From Octopus sinensis (lineage: Eukaryota): a DNA stretch of 64,000 nt. The position numbers were made by a program, and so were the translations under genes. The notes under the pieces are model-generated. The model saw only the letters and a program-made list of their open reading frames with translations, did not search any database and was not told where the DNA came from. The number at the start of each line of letters is the position of its first letter. Position 1 is the first letter of the stretch. Shown here piece by piece: positions 50,420-63,390 of the stretch. The DNA lies in NCBI RefSeq assembly GCF_006345805.1, contig NC_043005.1, positions 90,272,001 through 90,336,000 of the forward strand, given 5' to 3'.

Positions 50420-50545
50420 TGAGTCAAGTTGAAAAGATTTGATAATTTTCTGCAGTTCAGTCTCCTCCTCTTCTGCATCGTCATCATCATCTTCATCTTC
50501 ATCATCATCCTCATCACCATTGTTATTTTACATCCAACTTCCAAT
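50420..50545 (-). CDS. Candidate coding exon with acidic tract (NNNGDEDDDEDEDDDDDAEEEETELQKIIKSFQLDS); as assembled it contains an in-frame TAA
   Basis: Acceptor CTATTTTAG, donor TCA|GTAAGA; 126 nt. TAA at 50530-50528 lies in the acidic frame; removing one base of the T4 run (50526-50529) gives a clean phase 1-0 exon. Confidence 0.5.
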
Positions 50546-50760
50546 CTAAAATAGCTGATGTACATTAACAAATTTAAGTCACACATTTAAAAAGAAAAAA
50601 ATCTAAATAACCACAGTTTAATTATAAAATTAATTATAATCAATAATAATAAAATATTTTCTTTAATTAATAAATCTACTTGAATTTCAGAATGTTGAAA
50701 CAATAATAATAATGATAATAATAATAATAATAATAATAATAGTAGTAGTAGTAGTAGTAA

Positions 50761-50800
<40 letters not shown>

Positions 50801-51321
50801 TTTTGTTTGTTTAAATTACTAAACAGCAGGGTAAAAGCTGAGAATTTTAATTTGATTTTTTTTAAAAATTTTATCTTGAAATCTTTATATACAAAGAATT
50901 CAGAGCAATTGTTGTTGGTTGTTGTTTAGATCTAGGTCAGCCCTGATTGAACAGACTTAACCAAACTATAATAAAAAAAATATACCAACTGCAACTATCC
51001 TGTCGTTTCCCTATAAGCAGGAAACCAAGGAATGCATAATCCAGTATGTTCCTTTCCAATATGACAGGGTGGTAATATTTGAAGGAGATTTGGCTATCAT
51101 TTCTAATAGGTTGAGCAACCACATAGATTGGCCTTCATTGAAAGCAATTTGTTCCTATTCAAAGCACCCAGTATAGTTTGGTCATACACTCTATATAAGA
51201 TTAGTGTCACTTTATTAAATATGTTTATGCCATTATTAGGGTCTTCTGAAAAGCTTTACTCTCTACTCTCCCTCAACAACAAGAAAAAAGGGACAGTAAG
51301 ACTTCACACACACTCACACCT

Positions 51322-51360
<39 letters not shown>

Positions 51361-53115
51361 TACATATTCATGCACTTATTCTTGTGACCTATCCTTTATC
51401 AATATGTTTTAACTATCCTATTGTTTGTAGAAACAAGCCATTTCCTTCCTGTAAATTCCATAAGTTCTTTTTCAAAGCTTTTAATAGTTTAAAATGTAAT
51501 TTCTCATTCTAAATAAACTCTGTAATACTGACTTGGCTGTGTGGTTAAGAAGCTTGCTTACCAACTCTATGGCTGTGAGTTCAGTTCCTACTATGTAGCA
51601 CCTTGAACAAATGTCTTCTGTGACAGCATCTGGGCTAACAAAAGCCTTGTAAGTGGATTTGCTAAATGGAAACTGAAAGAAGACTGCTGAGCCTGGTTTT
51701 ATATATGTGTATTTGTTTGCTTGTGTGTGTGTGTGTGTGTATTTGTTTGCTTGTGTGTGTGTGTGTGCGTGTATTTGTTTGCTGTGTGTGTGTGTGTGTG
51801 TGTGTATTTGTTTGCTTGTGTGTGTGTGTGTGACTCCTTCTCTTTGCATTGTATTATAGCTGTAAAAGAGTGCCACCATCATGCAAGCAGTGTTTAATTT
51901 CTAGTCTTCTGTGAAAACATGTCTGGCCATGGAGAAATATTATTGTCCTTGGGAATAGATGAAGAATGGTAACAGGAACGGCATCTAGCCATAAGCATCA
52001 GTCTCAATGAACTCTCTCCAACCCATGCTAGCATTGAAAAGTGGATATTAAATCAAAGACAATGGATGCTGAATTCCAACATTGATATTATAACACAAAT
52101 ACATTTTAAAGAGGAGCATCCAGCCACAGGAACCAAACAAATGTAGACATTGGCTTGCTAGTTCCTGTTAAACTGTCTAACCCATGCCAGCATGGAAAAC
52201 TGATGTTAAATAATGAGGATAATATATACAATTGAATGAAATGATAATCCAGTATATTACCGGTACATGTTTTTTGACTCTAAACAAATGAAAAGCAAAG
52301 TGGTAAGATTTGAACTGAGAACATTGAGGTAGGTGCAAGCGTGGTTGTGTGGTAAGTTTGCTTCACATGATTCTGGGTTCAGTCCCACTGGGCAAGTGTT
52401 CTCTATTATAGTCTCAGGCCACTTGTGAGTGAATTTGGTAGATGGAAAATGATAGAAGCCTGTTGTGTGTGTGTCTTTGTGTCAGCCTTTGTTCCCCACC
52501 ACTGCTTGACAACCAGTGTTGGTTTGTGCATGACTCAGCACTGTTTCTACCATTCTCAATTTCTTGCCATTTTCTATATGAGTATATTAAAGTGAAACAA
52601 GTACTTTCTTGGGTAAATATATTTATCTTTATACAAACCACTGGCAACTAAGTCACCATGACTTAGTGGTTCAACAAAAGAGAACCAATAGAATAAGTAC
52701 CAGGCTTTAAAAAATATATAAGTATTGGGGTTGATTCATATGATTGAAAATTCTTCAAAGCCATGCCCCAGCATGGCCACAGTCTAATGACTGAAACACG
52801 TAAAAGATAAAAAATAAAAAGATATTTCTTTGGATACAACAAGGAATTTTGTGGTATTTAGTGTTTAAGTCTTTGAGTTTTCACCAAAATTAGATTGGAT
52901 TTGCTTGTGCCTCATCCAAAATCTGTTAATTTTTTTCTAATTTTTATCTAATCTTTTGTTAGGCCTTGCTTGTATTTGTTGCTGTTCTTTGCATCCTGAG
53001 TTCAAACTGTGCTAAAGTCAGTTCTGTGTTTCATGAGAGGTCGATAATGAATGAAGTATCAGTCAAGTGCTGGGGTACAACCCTCACCTCCACCCTCTTT
53101 CTCACCATTTATCAC

Positions 53116-53182
53116 CTTGGATACTCCACTGGGTGGTAGGGTCGAGAGGGAGGTCAGTGCTTGCTCTGAAGAACATTAGTAC
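53116..53182 (-). CDS. Candidate internal coding exon (VLMFFRASTDLPLDPTTQWSIQ)
   Basis: Strong acceptor TCTTTCCCTAATCTTTTTCAG; phase-0 start fits the exon at 57276-57459. Donor either AAG|GTGATA (53116) or ATG|GTGAGA (53106). Confidence 0.45.
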
Positions 53183-53322
53183 CTGAAAAAGATTAGGGAA
53201 AGACATCTTGCATGCTGTGCTGATACCAAATCATGGTTGGCTGCCAGTGGCTGCCATATTTTGTTAAGCCTTATCTTACTTTTATATATATACACATATA
53301 TATCTATATGTATGTATCTATC

Positions 53323-53355
<33 letters not shown>

Positions 53356-53735
53356 ATGGGTGTGTGAATGTAAATGGTTCATTTTATGTGAGATAAACAA
53401 GAATTACATACCTGGGTTAGTATTTTATTTGATTGGTCTTATGCTCAGCTTGTTAAAAAAAACAAGGTCTGGGAATGTAATCCTGGTTTATCTCATATAT
53501 AAAGAAACTCACACACACACACTCACACATACATATGCATCTATCTATGTATGTGTGCATGTGTACGTGTGTGTGTTTGTGTGTATATATACACCTACAC
53601 ACACACACAAACATACACACACATTTATGAATATACATGTGTATATATTTGTGTATATGTGTATGTATGTATATATATATATATATGTATGTGTGTGTAT
53701 AAATGTGTATGTGTGTGTATAAATGTGTATATGTA

Positions 53736-53812
<77 letters not shown>

Positions 53813-54272
53813 TGTATATATATGTATATATATATGTATATATATATATATGTATGTATATATATGTATATATATATATATATATCTGTGTGGTAAGAAG
53901 CTTCCTTCCCAACCACATGGTTCTGGGTTCAGTCCCACTGTATGGCACCTTGGGCCGACCAAAGCCTTGTGAGTGGATTTAGTAGACGGAAACTGAAAGA
54001 AGCCCATTGTATATATGTAAATATATGTACATGATTATGAGTATGTGTGTCTGTGTTTATCGCCCTGCCATCACTTGATAACCGATGTTAGTGTGTTTAC
54101 ATTCTTGTAACTTAGCAGTTTGGCAATAAAGACTGAGAGAATAAGTACTAGGCTTACAAAGTATAAGTCCTGGGGTTGATATGTTCAACTAAAACCCTTT
54201 AAGGTGGTGCCCCAGCATAGCTGCAGTCAAATGACTGAAACAAGTAAAAGAATAAAAGAATATATATATATA

Positions 54273-54670
54273 CAAGGTGACCCCCAAAAAAGACAAAACC
54301 CACAACTCTTTGAATAAAATGATGCAGAGGGGATAGATCAAAATGAAGAATGGTTCCAGCAAGACGGGGCCACTACTCACACATCAAATGACTCTCTAGC
54401 CTGTCTGAGAGCATGATTTCAGGAGAGACTGACCAGCAGAAAGTATGACGTTGAGTGGGCACCACATTCACTGGACTTGAACCCCCAGATTTTTATCCAT
54501 TGGGGTATCTTAGGGATAATGTTTACCAGAACAACCCTCAAACGATTGGTGAACTGAAGGCAGCAATCACAACAGAAATCAAGGAAATCCCCAAAGAGGA
54601 ATTTGTTTGAGTAATTGACAATTTTGCGTGACACATGCGAGTGTTTGCCTGGCATATGCCATTTGGAGCC
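54273..54670 (+). mobile_element. Internally deleted Tc1/mariner element with C-terminal DDE fragment
   Basis: TA followed by TIR-like CAAGGTGACCCCCAAAAAA; peptide WFQQDGATTHT...WAPHSLDLNP.DFY..GYLRDNVY.NNPQTIGELKAAI, typical of Tc1/mariner transposases. Confidence 0.88.
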
Positions 54671-56241
54671 TAAAATATATATATCTTATATATATATTTT
54701 TTTCTGGTGAAGGCCAGTTTATGATGTTACCCTGGGTTTCTCATCCATATATAAACATATCTAAATTGAGGGAGTGGAGCAGATAAAATTCAGGCTACAA
54801 GTTGCTAGTCGTGAACTGTAAAACAATTTTTCAGCTTATTGAATGTCAATATGGGAAAAGCCTACAACCCTCGCCAATACATTAATATTGTTCCTCAACA
54901 TTGTTTTTTATGCCTACCACAGACTACTTACAAACTTCCTACACTTAGATCTTTGGATCTTATAATTACATATATGTGTATAATTATAATTACATGTGTG
55001 TGTGCGCGTGTGTGTGTGTGTGTGTGTATCAAATAGTTCTTTCATTTGATTAGGCAGAAGTTCGATAATTTGGGAGATTGGTGTATTGTAATCAATTGAA
55101 TTGGTACTGGTTTATTACAGGTATTTAATATTTAATTCACCTAAGGTGGCAAGATGGCTGAATTGTTAGCATGCAAGGCAAAATGCTTGGCAGTATTTCT
55201 TCTGTCTTTATGTCGTGAGTTCAAATTCTGCTGAGGTTGGCATTGCCTTTCAATCTTTCAGGGTCGATAAAACAAGTACCAGTTGAACACTGAGGTCAGT
55301 GTAATCGACTTAAGCCCTTCCCCACAAAGGCTGGCCTTGTGCTAAACTTTGAAACCAATATCTAATTCACCCACAAGCAGTTGAAAGGCAAAGTTGCCCC
55401 TTTATAAGATTCTGTCTCCTACATCATCATCATCATCATCATCATCACCATCACTTTGTATCTATTTTCCCATGTTTACATTGGTTTGACAAGTCTTCTG
55501 TAACCTCACATCGTGTCACTGGTGAGTCTGAATCATTTCCTTCACGATGTCCTCTTCTAAGATATAAAATACTAAATGTTGCAAGTACTTTAGTATGACT
55601 CAGAACCATTCCTACCATTCTCAATTTCTTGCCTTTTTCTATATAAATATATTAAAGTGAAACAAATACTTTCTTGGGTAAATATATTTATCTTTATACA
55701 AACCACTGGCAACTTTATTTTTTTTTTATATTAGCCTTCACAGTTATTTTGTTTTCTTTTTAGCTTGCCACTCTTAACTGGTCTTTTTTATTTTTCTATG
55801 CTACATGGCAACATGTTTATATACACTTTCTCGTGTTACGTAACTTATGAAAGCTATTTTTCATAAGTAATTTTGTTTAATTAGATTTTAGATATTCGTT
55901 ATCTGAAATCTGTTTGTAAACTTAGGACTTAACTTATAAAAGAAACAAAAAAGAAAACCCACACAAAACGGTTAGGTTTCATGAGATTGTTTTCAGATTC
56001 TGTCTTTTATTGTCTGTTATTGTGACCCACCCCTCCCTGTTTACTCCCTCTTTACCCTATCCTTACGCTTTTTCTAAGCAAATTCACTATTTGTATATTA
56101 CAAGAATTTTGAAAATAATCAAGAATTTGGAAGTATTTAGTAAATTAAGTGACATTCACATTGTTAGCATGATGATATTTGAAACATAACATAACAAGGG
56201 TTTTTGCATATATTTGTCCATGCTACACAGTTATATATATA

Positions 56242-56285
<44 letters not shown>

Positions 56286-57275
56286 TCACACCAACAGATA
56301 TGCAATCTCTCACTCATATGCATGAATATATACACACATTTAAAGGTTTGACACTACTTAGCAACATGTAAACAAGACTGAACTTTTGCAAGAGTTCGCT
56401 ATAATACTCACATGACAAGGTTCGAGAGATGAAATGAAATTGTTCTGAGATTGAAATAATGTAAACATTCAACAATAAAAAATAATAAAAAAGACTGAAA
56501 AATATGAAGGAACAGCTTGTGTATTTAACCAATAGATGGCACTGCAGAGTACAGGAAGATTTAAATAAATAACCCTTTCTAATATAGGCACAAGGCCTGA
56601 AATTTCAACGGAGGGGGCAAGTTGATTACATTGACCCCAGTGTGAAACTGGTATTTATTTCATCCTTTCGGGGTCGATAAATTAAGTACCAGTTACGCAC
56701 TGGGGTCGATATAATCGACTTAATCCGTTTGTCTGTCCTTGTTTGGCCCCTTGTGGGTAGTAAAGAAATAGGTATTTATTTCATCAATTCCAAAAGAATG
56801 AAAGGCAAAGTTGACCTTGGTGGCATTTGAACTCAGAACGTAAAGAGAGAGATGAGATGCCACTAAGCATTTCGTCCAGTATGCTAACAATTCTGCCAAC
56901 TTGCTGCCTTGGTTTAAAAAGAAATAAAAGAGTCTTACGTAAAAATCTATGAAGGAAAGTTTTAAATTTAAATATGGAATTAGGGATTTTGTAATATAAA
57001 ATCATAGGTGGGTTGGTATGAAAAGGGGTTTTAAATTATAAGTAATGTTTGTTGCCAGTTTAAATAGTAAAGAGTAGGAAAAGTTCTTTCCTCTGTGTTT
57101 GCATGAGTGTGTATGTGTGTGCATACATGTTTGTCTGAGTGGGTTCATGTGTCCCTTCTTCACATATATTCACTATAAACAACAGGACATGTGGCATTTT
57201 TTTTTTCAGTTCAATTTTTATTGGCTCAAAAAGCAAAAGCAAGGCCATATAGGGGGACAGGGAGGGTGGTCATAC

Positions 57276-57459
57276 AAAGAGTTCAGGCCATTTCTGGTCA
57301 AGAGAGACTTTGAACCGAGCGGTCGTCGGCATCTTCACTATCTCGTCACTGCAGTCAACCACATAGAGCATGTTCTGGTTTCTTGACATATCTTGACATG
57401 TCGCACTGTCTTCGTAAACAAAAGACTCCTTCATATGGTGTTCTTTATTTCCAGTTAAC
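57276..57459 (-). CDS. Candidate internal coding exon (184 nt, phase 2-0), uncharacterised protein
   Basis: Acceptor GGTTTTGTAG, donor TTT|GTATGA; 61 open codons LTGNKEHHMKESFVYEDSATCQDMSRNQNMLYVVDCSDEIVKMPTTARFKVSLDQKWPELF; non-repetitive and more GC-rich than its flanks. Family not recognised. Confidence 0.6.
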
Positions 57460-58996
57460 CTACAAAACCATATCCACATTATTTGTTGTTTGATAGACTC
57501 AGTGAAGTCGTTTCTTTGCTTGGAAACAGGTGAGGGTTAGTGACAGGAAGGGCATCTCAAAGCAGAAAACCTCCCTCCATCAATTCCATCTGACATATGC
57601 AGACACGGAAAACTGCTGAATGCCAAAACAACTACACCGATTATGTACATGAAGGGCGTTTACGTGATGTAAAAATACTGCAATGACACTTTTATGTATT
57701 CTCAAATGAATTTAGATCAAGCTAACCAAAGATATTCCAGTTGTGACCATCCTATCTTTTTTTTTTTCCTAAACAAAATGCAACTGGATATTCATTATTG
57801 AATGTTTCCGAATTTTTTTTCTAAGCTGACAGAGTGTAATTTGAGGCGACCAGAACTGCTAATTTTAGCAAGTTGAGTATTGACTCGGAAGGTGTTAACA
57901 CTGTATTGTATAAAGAAGACACAACATTGTGTGTAAAATACTGGGTCAATGCTGTTGTTGTATTTCAGAGAGTAATATAGATATTGTGAAAGGAATTCAA
58001 TATGTGTATGCAAGCATTAAGTTTCAGAGCAGAGTTTGCACAAATGTGCACTGAGAATTTATTTTTTATTTATATGTGCTTCGTTTGGAGTGAAAACAGT
58101 GTTCATGACCTGTTATTGGGTCTCTGAGATTAGCAGGAGAGAGGGAGGTACTTTCAAACCAGAAAATTTAACCTAAATACTTTCAACAGATTGGATGCTA
58201 CTAAAGGCACCAAAGATGCTAGCTGCTGGTGTTTTAAACCAAGCAATGGCATATGTCTACTATCCATGTAGGCCATGGCAGGATCTGAACTCAGAACCCC
58301 AAGAGCTTGAACAAATACTACAAAGCATCTGGTGCAATGTTCTTACAGTTCTACCAATCCATTGCTCTGGATTGGTACTTTTTTATTGTCCCTCTAAAGG
58401 ATGAAAGTCAAAGTGGACCCTTGTGGGATTTGAACTCTGAGTGTCAAGTGTCAGAGCTAAAGCGATGCTCTAATGACTCTACCAATCTACAATATGAAGT
58501 CTACTATATCATACCCTAAAATCCAAAGATTATTTCCATAACTAACAACAGGAAAAAGATGGGGACTATAATGTTGAAGGGTTAAAGATGCTGTAATCTC
58601 CATCATGTGTTAAGGATTATCAGCCAAACTTCATGGGGATCAGTTTCACTCAATTAAACCCCCAAAATTTTATTGGTGAATTATTTTATTTTATTTTTTA
58701 CTTTTTCCGTTCCAGGGGCTTAAATTTCTTTTATTTGTTTTTTAATATATTTATTTCTTAATATTAGATTTTTGAGGGAATTTTTTTGTTTGTAGTTATT
58801 TCTTTTAAGAATTAACTTATTTCTTAGTTAAATGTTGATGTGCCTATATCTAGGCCCAGGCATGGCTATGTGGTTAAGAAGTGCATTTCCCAACCACATG
58901 GTTTCTGGTTCAACCCCACTGTGTGGTACTTTGGGTAAACATCTTTTACTATAACCCTAGGCCAACTTTGTGATTTGGTTGACAGAAAAAAGAAGC

Positions 58997-59071
<75 letters not shown>

Positions 59072-59433
59072 GTTGTGCTTGTTGAATGAGTTTATATCTC
59101 CAAGGCATGTGTGTTCAGTGATTGTAAACAAAGGTCCCACTTCCCACAGATGATGTCATTTACTTACACTACACCATGAGAACTTTTTCAGGCCCCTTGA
59201 CATGTCTTGATTCGTTGCATGATCTTTGTAATCAAAAGGCTCATTCAAACACTGCTATCTGTTTCTAATTCTCTGGGCTGTTGTTCTACCTCACCTGGTC
59301 CCTGGGAAATCTTGACACCAGAGAAATCTCTATTCCAGCATACTCTTGACTGACCCATTCGAGCATCAATAGGCAGATGCTAGAATGATGATGATGTTAA
59401 ATTTGCATTTCTCATAGCTGCTTCTTGAATACC

Positions 59434-59665
59434 TATTTCTTTACTACCCACAAGGGGCTAAACATAGAGGGGACAAACAAGGACAGACAAAGGTATTAAG
59501 TCGATAAAATCGACCCCAGTGCGTAACTGGTACTTAATTTATCGACCCCGAAAGGATGAAAGGCAAAGTCGACCTTGGCGGAATTTGAACTCAGAACGTA
59601 GCGTCAGACGAAATACCGCAACGCATTTTGCCCGGCGTGCTAACATTTCAGCCAGCTCGCCGCCC
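59434..59665 (-). mobile_element. Young tRNA-derived SINE family D copy with 16-bp TSD
   Basis: A-box-like TGGCTGAAATGTTAG and B-box-like GAGTTCAAATTCC on the minus strand; central CCTTTCATCCTTTCGGGGTCGATAAATTAAGTACC domain; exact TSD CTGCTTCTTGAATACC at 59418-59433 and 59666-59681. Many older copies (about 1.1, 15.5, 23.1, 31.0, 34.5, 55.1, 56.6 and 60.4 kb). Confidence 0.92.
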
Positions 59666-60323
59666 CTGCTTCTTGAATACCATCAATAGGGATCCACAGA
59701 TACCTCTAACTGTCTTCCTGTACAAATGTCATGAAACACTGACAAATTTCTCATTGATTAATAATCTTATGGGTTACCTTGGTATGTTTCAGTGACCAGA
59801 ACAGTGGCATGGATGGAGGAAGAATTTTTAAGCAATAATATTGCAGTTGTTAGAGCTTTGAATAAAATATATCTTGCAGTATATATTCCAGCTGTTCTTG
59901 GCTCCTTTTCCTACGTTTGCTTCTTTACACCTGGCACAAAGCCACCCCCTTCAGTCTTGCAATCCCACTCTGTCTAGGGGTATTGTCTTGTTCGTTATTT
60001 GGTGACCTCATGAGTTGGTGCTGGAACCATGAGAAAAAGCAACTAGTATACTCTTTCGAGGGGTTGGAATTATGAAGGGTATCCAGCAGTAGAAATCTCA
60101 CCAAAGCAAACATTGCGCTATCCTTGCTGTATCCTGTTGAACCATCCAACCCATGCCAACAAGGAAGTCAAATGATGCCAGTGTTCTGAGTTCAAATCCT
60201 TCTGTGGTTAACTTTACTTTTTATCACTTTGTGGGTTGATAAATTAAAGTATCAGTCAAGGTCAATTTAATTAACTAATTCTGCCCCTTCCAGATTTCCA
60301 GCTTTGTGCTTATTATGTAAGAA

Positions 60324-60382
<59 letters not shown>

Positions 60383-61057
60383 GGTAAGCTGGCAGAATCA
60401 TTAAAATGCCTGGCAAAATGCTTAGCGGTATTTCATCTGCCACTATGTTCTGAGTTCAAATTCTGCCAAGGTTGACTTTGCCTTTCATACTTTTGGGGTT
60501 GATAAAATAAGTACCAGTTGAGCACTGGGGGTGATGTAATTGACTCATCTCCTACTCCAAAACTGCTGCCCTTGTCACAAAATTTAAGATCATCATCATC
60601 ATCATCATCATTATTATTAAGGCGATGAGCTGGCAGAGTCGTTTGCATGCCAGACAAAATGTTTAGTGGCATTTGCTTTCTGAGCTCAACTTTGCCCTTC
60701 GTCCTTTCAGGGTCAACAAAACGAGTACCAGTCAAGCACTGGGGTTGATGTAATCAACCAGTCCCCTCCCACCAAATTTCTGGCCTTGTGCCTTTGGTGG
60801 AAAGGATTATCATTAATAACATTAATATTATTAAAAGCAAATATTTGTTATTACTGCTGTTTCTTTGGATATTGTTGTTTCTTCAAGTCTGTTTTTCTCA
60901 CTTAATTCTCTGTTAACTCCCACTGTTAACCTAACTCTGTCCTTGTCATGTTCCTTCATAATCTCCCTTGTGGCAAATAAAGACATTTATCAATATTAAC
61001 AATAAATACATATTATTATTATTATATTATTATTATTACCCTTGTTAGATGGATAAT

Positions 61058-61121
<64 letters not shown>

Positions 61122-61902
61122 TCAAGAATATTTAGATGTAGAAATGTATGCCATTTTTAGCAATAACAGCTGTTCGTTCTCTCCAGGCGTAAGTTAAACC
61201 ATGTAGGATTAAAATGACATTTTTGTTTATGTTTAGAATAAGGAAATAGGTTGCCAGCCTTTCCTAGCCTCTTTACAATGGGAATATTGTCCTGAAATTT
61301 AGGATTTTTTTGTTTTTCTTCTTTTCTAAATTGCTTATTAAGAGGAACTGAGGCAAGAAACACACTTGACTCTTTTATAGAGAAAATGAAGGGAGAATGT
61401 TCTCCACAGACTGGAGGCTTGGCCTTCAGTGTTTGGACAGAGTGGACACTGATAAAATACCCAATGTCCAGACAGTGGAGTTAAACTGTCCCATGGATGA
61501 CATGTGCTACTCATTATTATTGTCTTAATTTTTAGGACAATATTAACACTTTCACGGCTATATTTCTAATGAAGATCACTGAAGTTTTTTTTTGCTTTGT
61601 CCCAATTAAATTTGAATATAGTTATGACTTTTAAGGGGTTTAATAAAATAGCTGTAACTTTAATATCATTATCATCGTCTTTATTTTTATGTCTAATTTT
61701 TCTTGCTTGCATGGGTTAGACAAAAATCATTGAGGCAGATTTTCTATGGCCTCAGGATGTTCTTACCCTCACCAACCCTCATATATATAGTATACTTTAT
61801 ATCACGCACACATACACGTGTGTATGTGCACACATATATATATATATATATGTTTTGAATGTGTACACACACACACACACACAAACACACATGCACATGC
61901 AT

Positions 61903-61938
<36 letters not shown>

Positions 61939-62899
61939 TGGTAGGTGATAGTAGATTATGCATGAAATAAAAAATACCTTGTGGTATTTATGATACATTT
62001 ATGTCCCTTTAAATCAGGTCAACTTTGCCTTTTATTCTCTCTGAAATCAATAAAACAAGTCTGAAAGAAAGTACTGGAATCAATATTATTAACAGAAACA
62101 AATTCTCTGAAGGCTGTGCTACAGCATGGCCGTAACCCAATGAATGTAACTTAATGCAAAAAAATTATCAAATATATTTTTTAAAAATAGAAACAGCATT
62201 ACAGCTTTTTATTTGTGTTGAAGTTATTTATAAAACTGATGTTAACAACAGCTTAATGATTTGTTAATTAGGCATGAAAAGTGGTGGGGGGAGCAAAATT
62301 AGATGAGGATGGGTAAGAGGGTGGGAAGGAGGGAAAAATTGCTGGATTCATGTTCTGTTAACTCACCTCCATCACCCCAAGAGACTTTTTAGAGCACAAT
62401 ATATAGAAGCTGTATATTTCAATTGCTTATAGAACAAGCCAACAAAAGGGAGCTAGAATTTTAAGGGAGTGGAACTGCAAGCATATAAGAACCCACGGGA
62501 GCATATCTATGCTTCAGAAAATAGTAATGAGTTCATAATTTTATAAATTCAGAGCCATGCAACTGCCATTAAATTGCTGTTCTGGTTTTTGTGGCTGAAA
62601 CTTGTTTTCGCTTTTTTTATCCTTTTGCATATGAGTTTTAAAGAGCATTCGAGCGTGGTTTCAAATTTCATTGTTGGGAAGGTGTTCCCCCACCCCTACT
62701 CTACATATTCTCTCGATCTGCTAAAAATAGCAGCAGCCAAATTTCCCCTTAAACCATCACCACCACCATCACCATCGCCATCATCTTTGTTTTATATGTG
62801 CACATTTTTACCGTTGCATGAGTCAAGGAAGATTATGTTGGTGCAGTGTTTTTTATGCTCTCCTTCCTGTTGTTAACCTCTACTTGTTTCCAGGTGGAA

Positions 62900-63390
62900 T
62901 ACTAGTCTCCCAGTCTGCTGAACAGCAAACAAGCTGGACATGTTTATTTGGAGAACTAGAAACAAATGACACCATTGCAACAAGTCTATGAAGAGGTTTT
63001 ATCTCAGACAATTCCACAACATCGTGCCATAAAGAGTAAGCTACAAACCGTCATTTGCACCACATTCTCAGGATCTGGTGCCTGGACAAAATTTCAAACA
63101 GAAGTCTGTAAGACAGAACAAGCCAAGAAATTCTGAAGAGGAAATGGGACTCGATTGGTCACACTCTAAGGAAACTTCCAAGCAGCATTACAAGACAAGA
63201 GTTAGACTGGCAACCAGAAGGAAGGAGGAAGGTTCCTGGAGGAGCTAAGAAGACTTGGAAAGGATGCATGGAAGATGAGGCGGAAACAGTCAGTCTCTCT
63301 TGATTGGAAATCCAAGAAGTAGCCCAAGATTGCATTCACTGGCATGAAATAGTCATGGCTCTATGCTCCTTAAGGAGTAATATGAACCAA
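62900..63390 (+). mobile_element. Decayed 3' end of an RTE-clade LINE ORF
   Basis: Peptide HILRIWCLDKISN...EILKRKWDSIGHTLRK...ITRQELDWQPEGRRK..G.KKTW...E..E..AQD..HWHEIVMALCS matches the RTE C-terminal motif RRWRWIGHTLR...W.P.G.R..GRP..TW. Confidence 0.85.
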
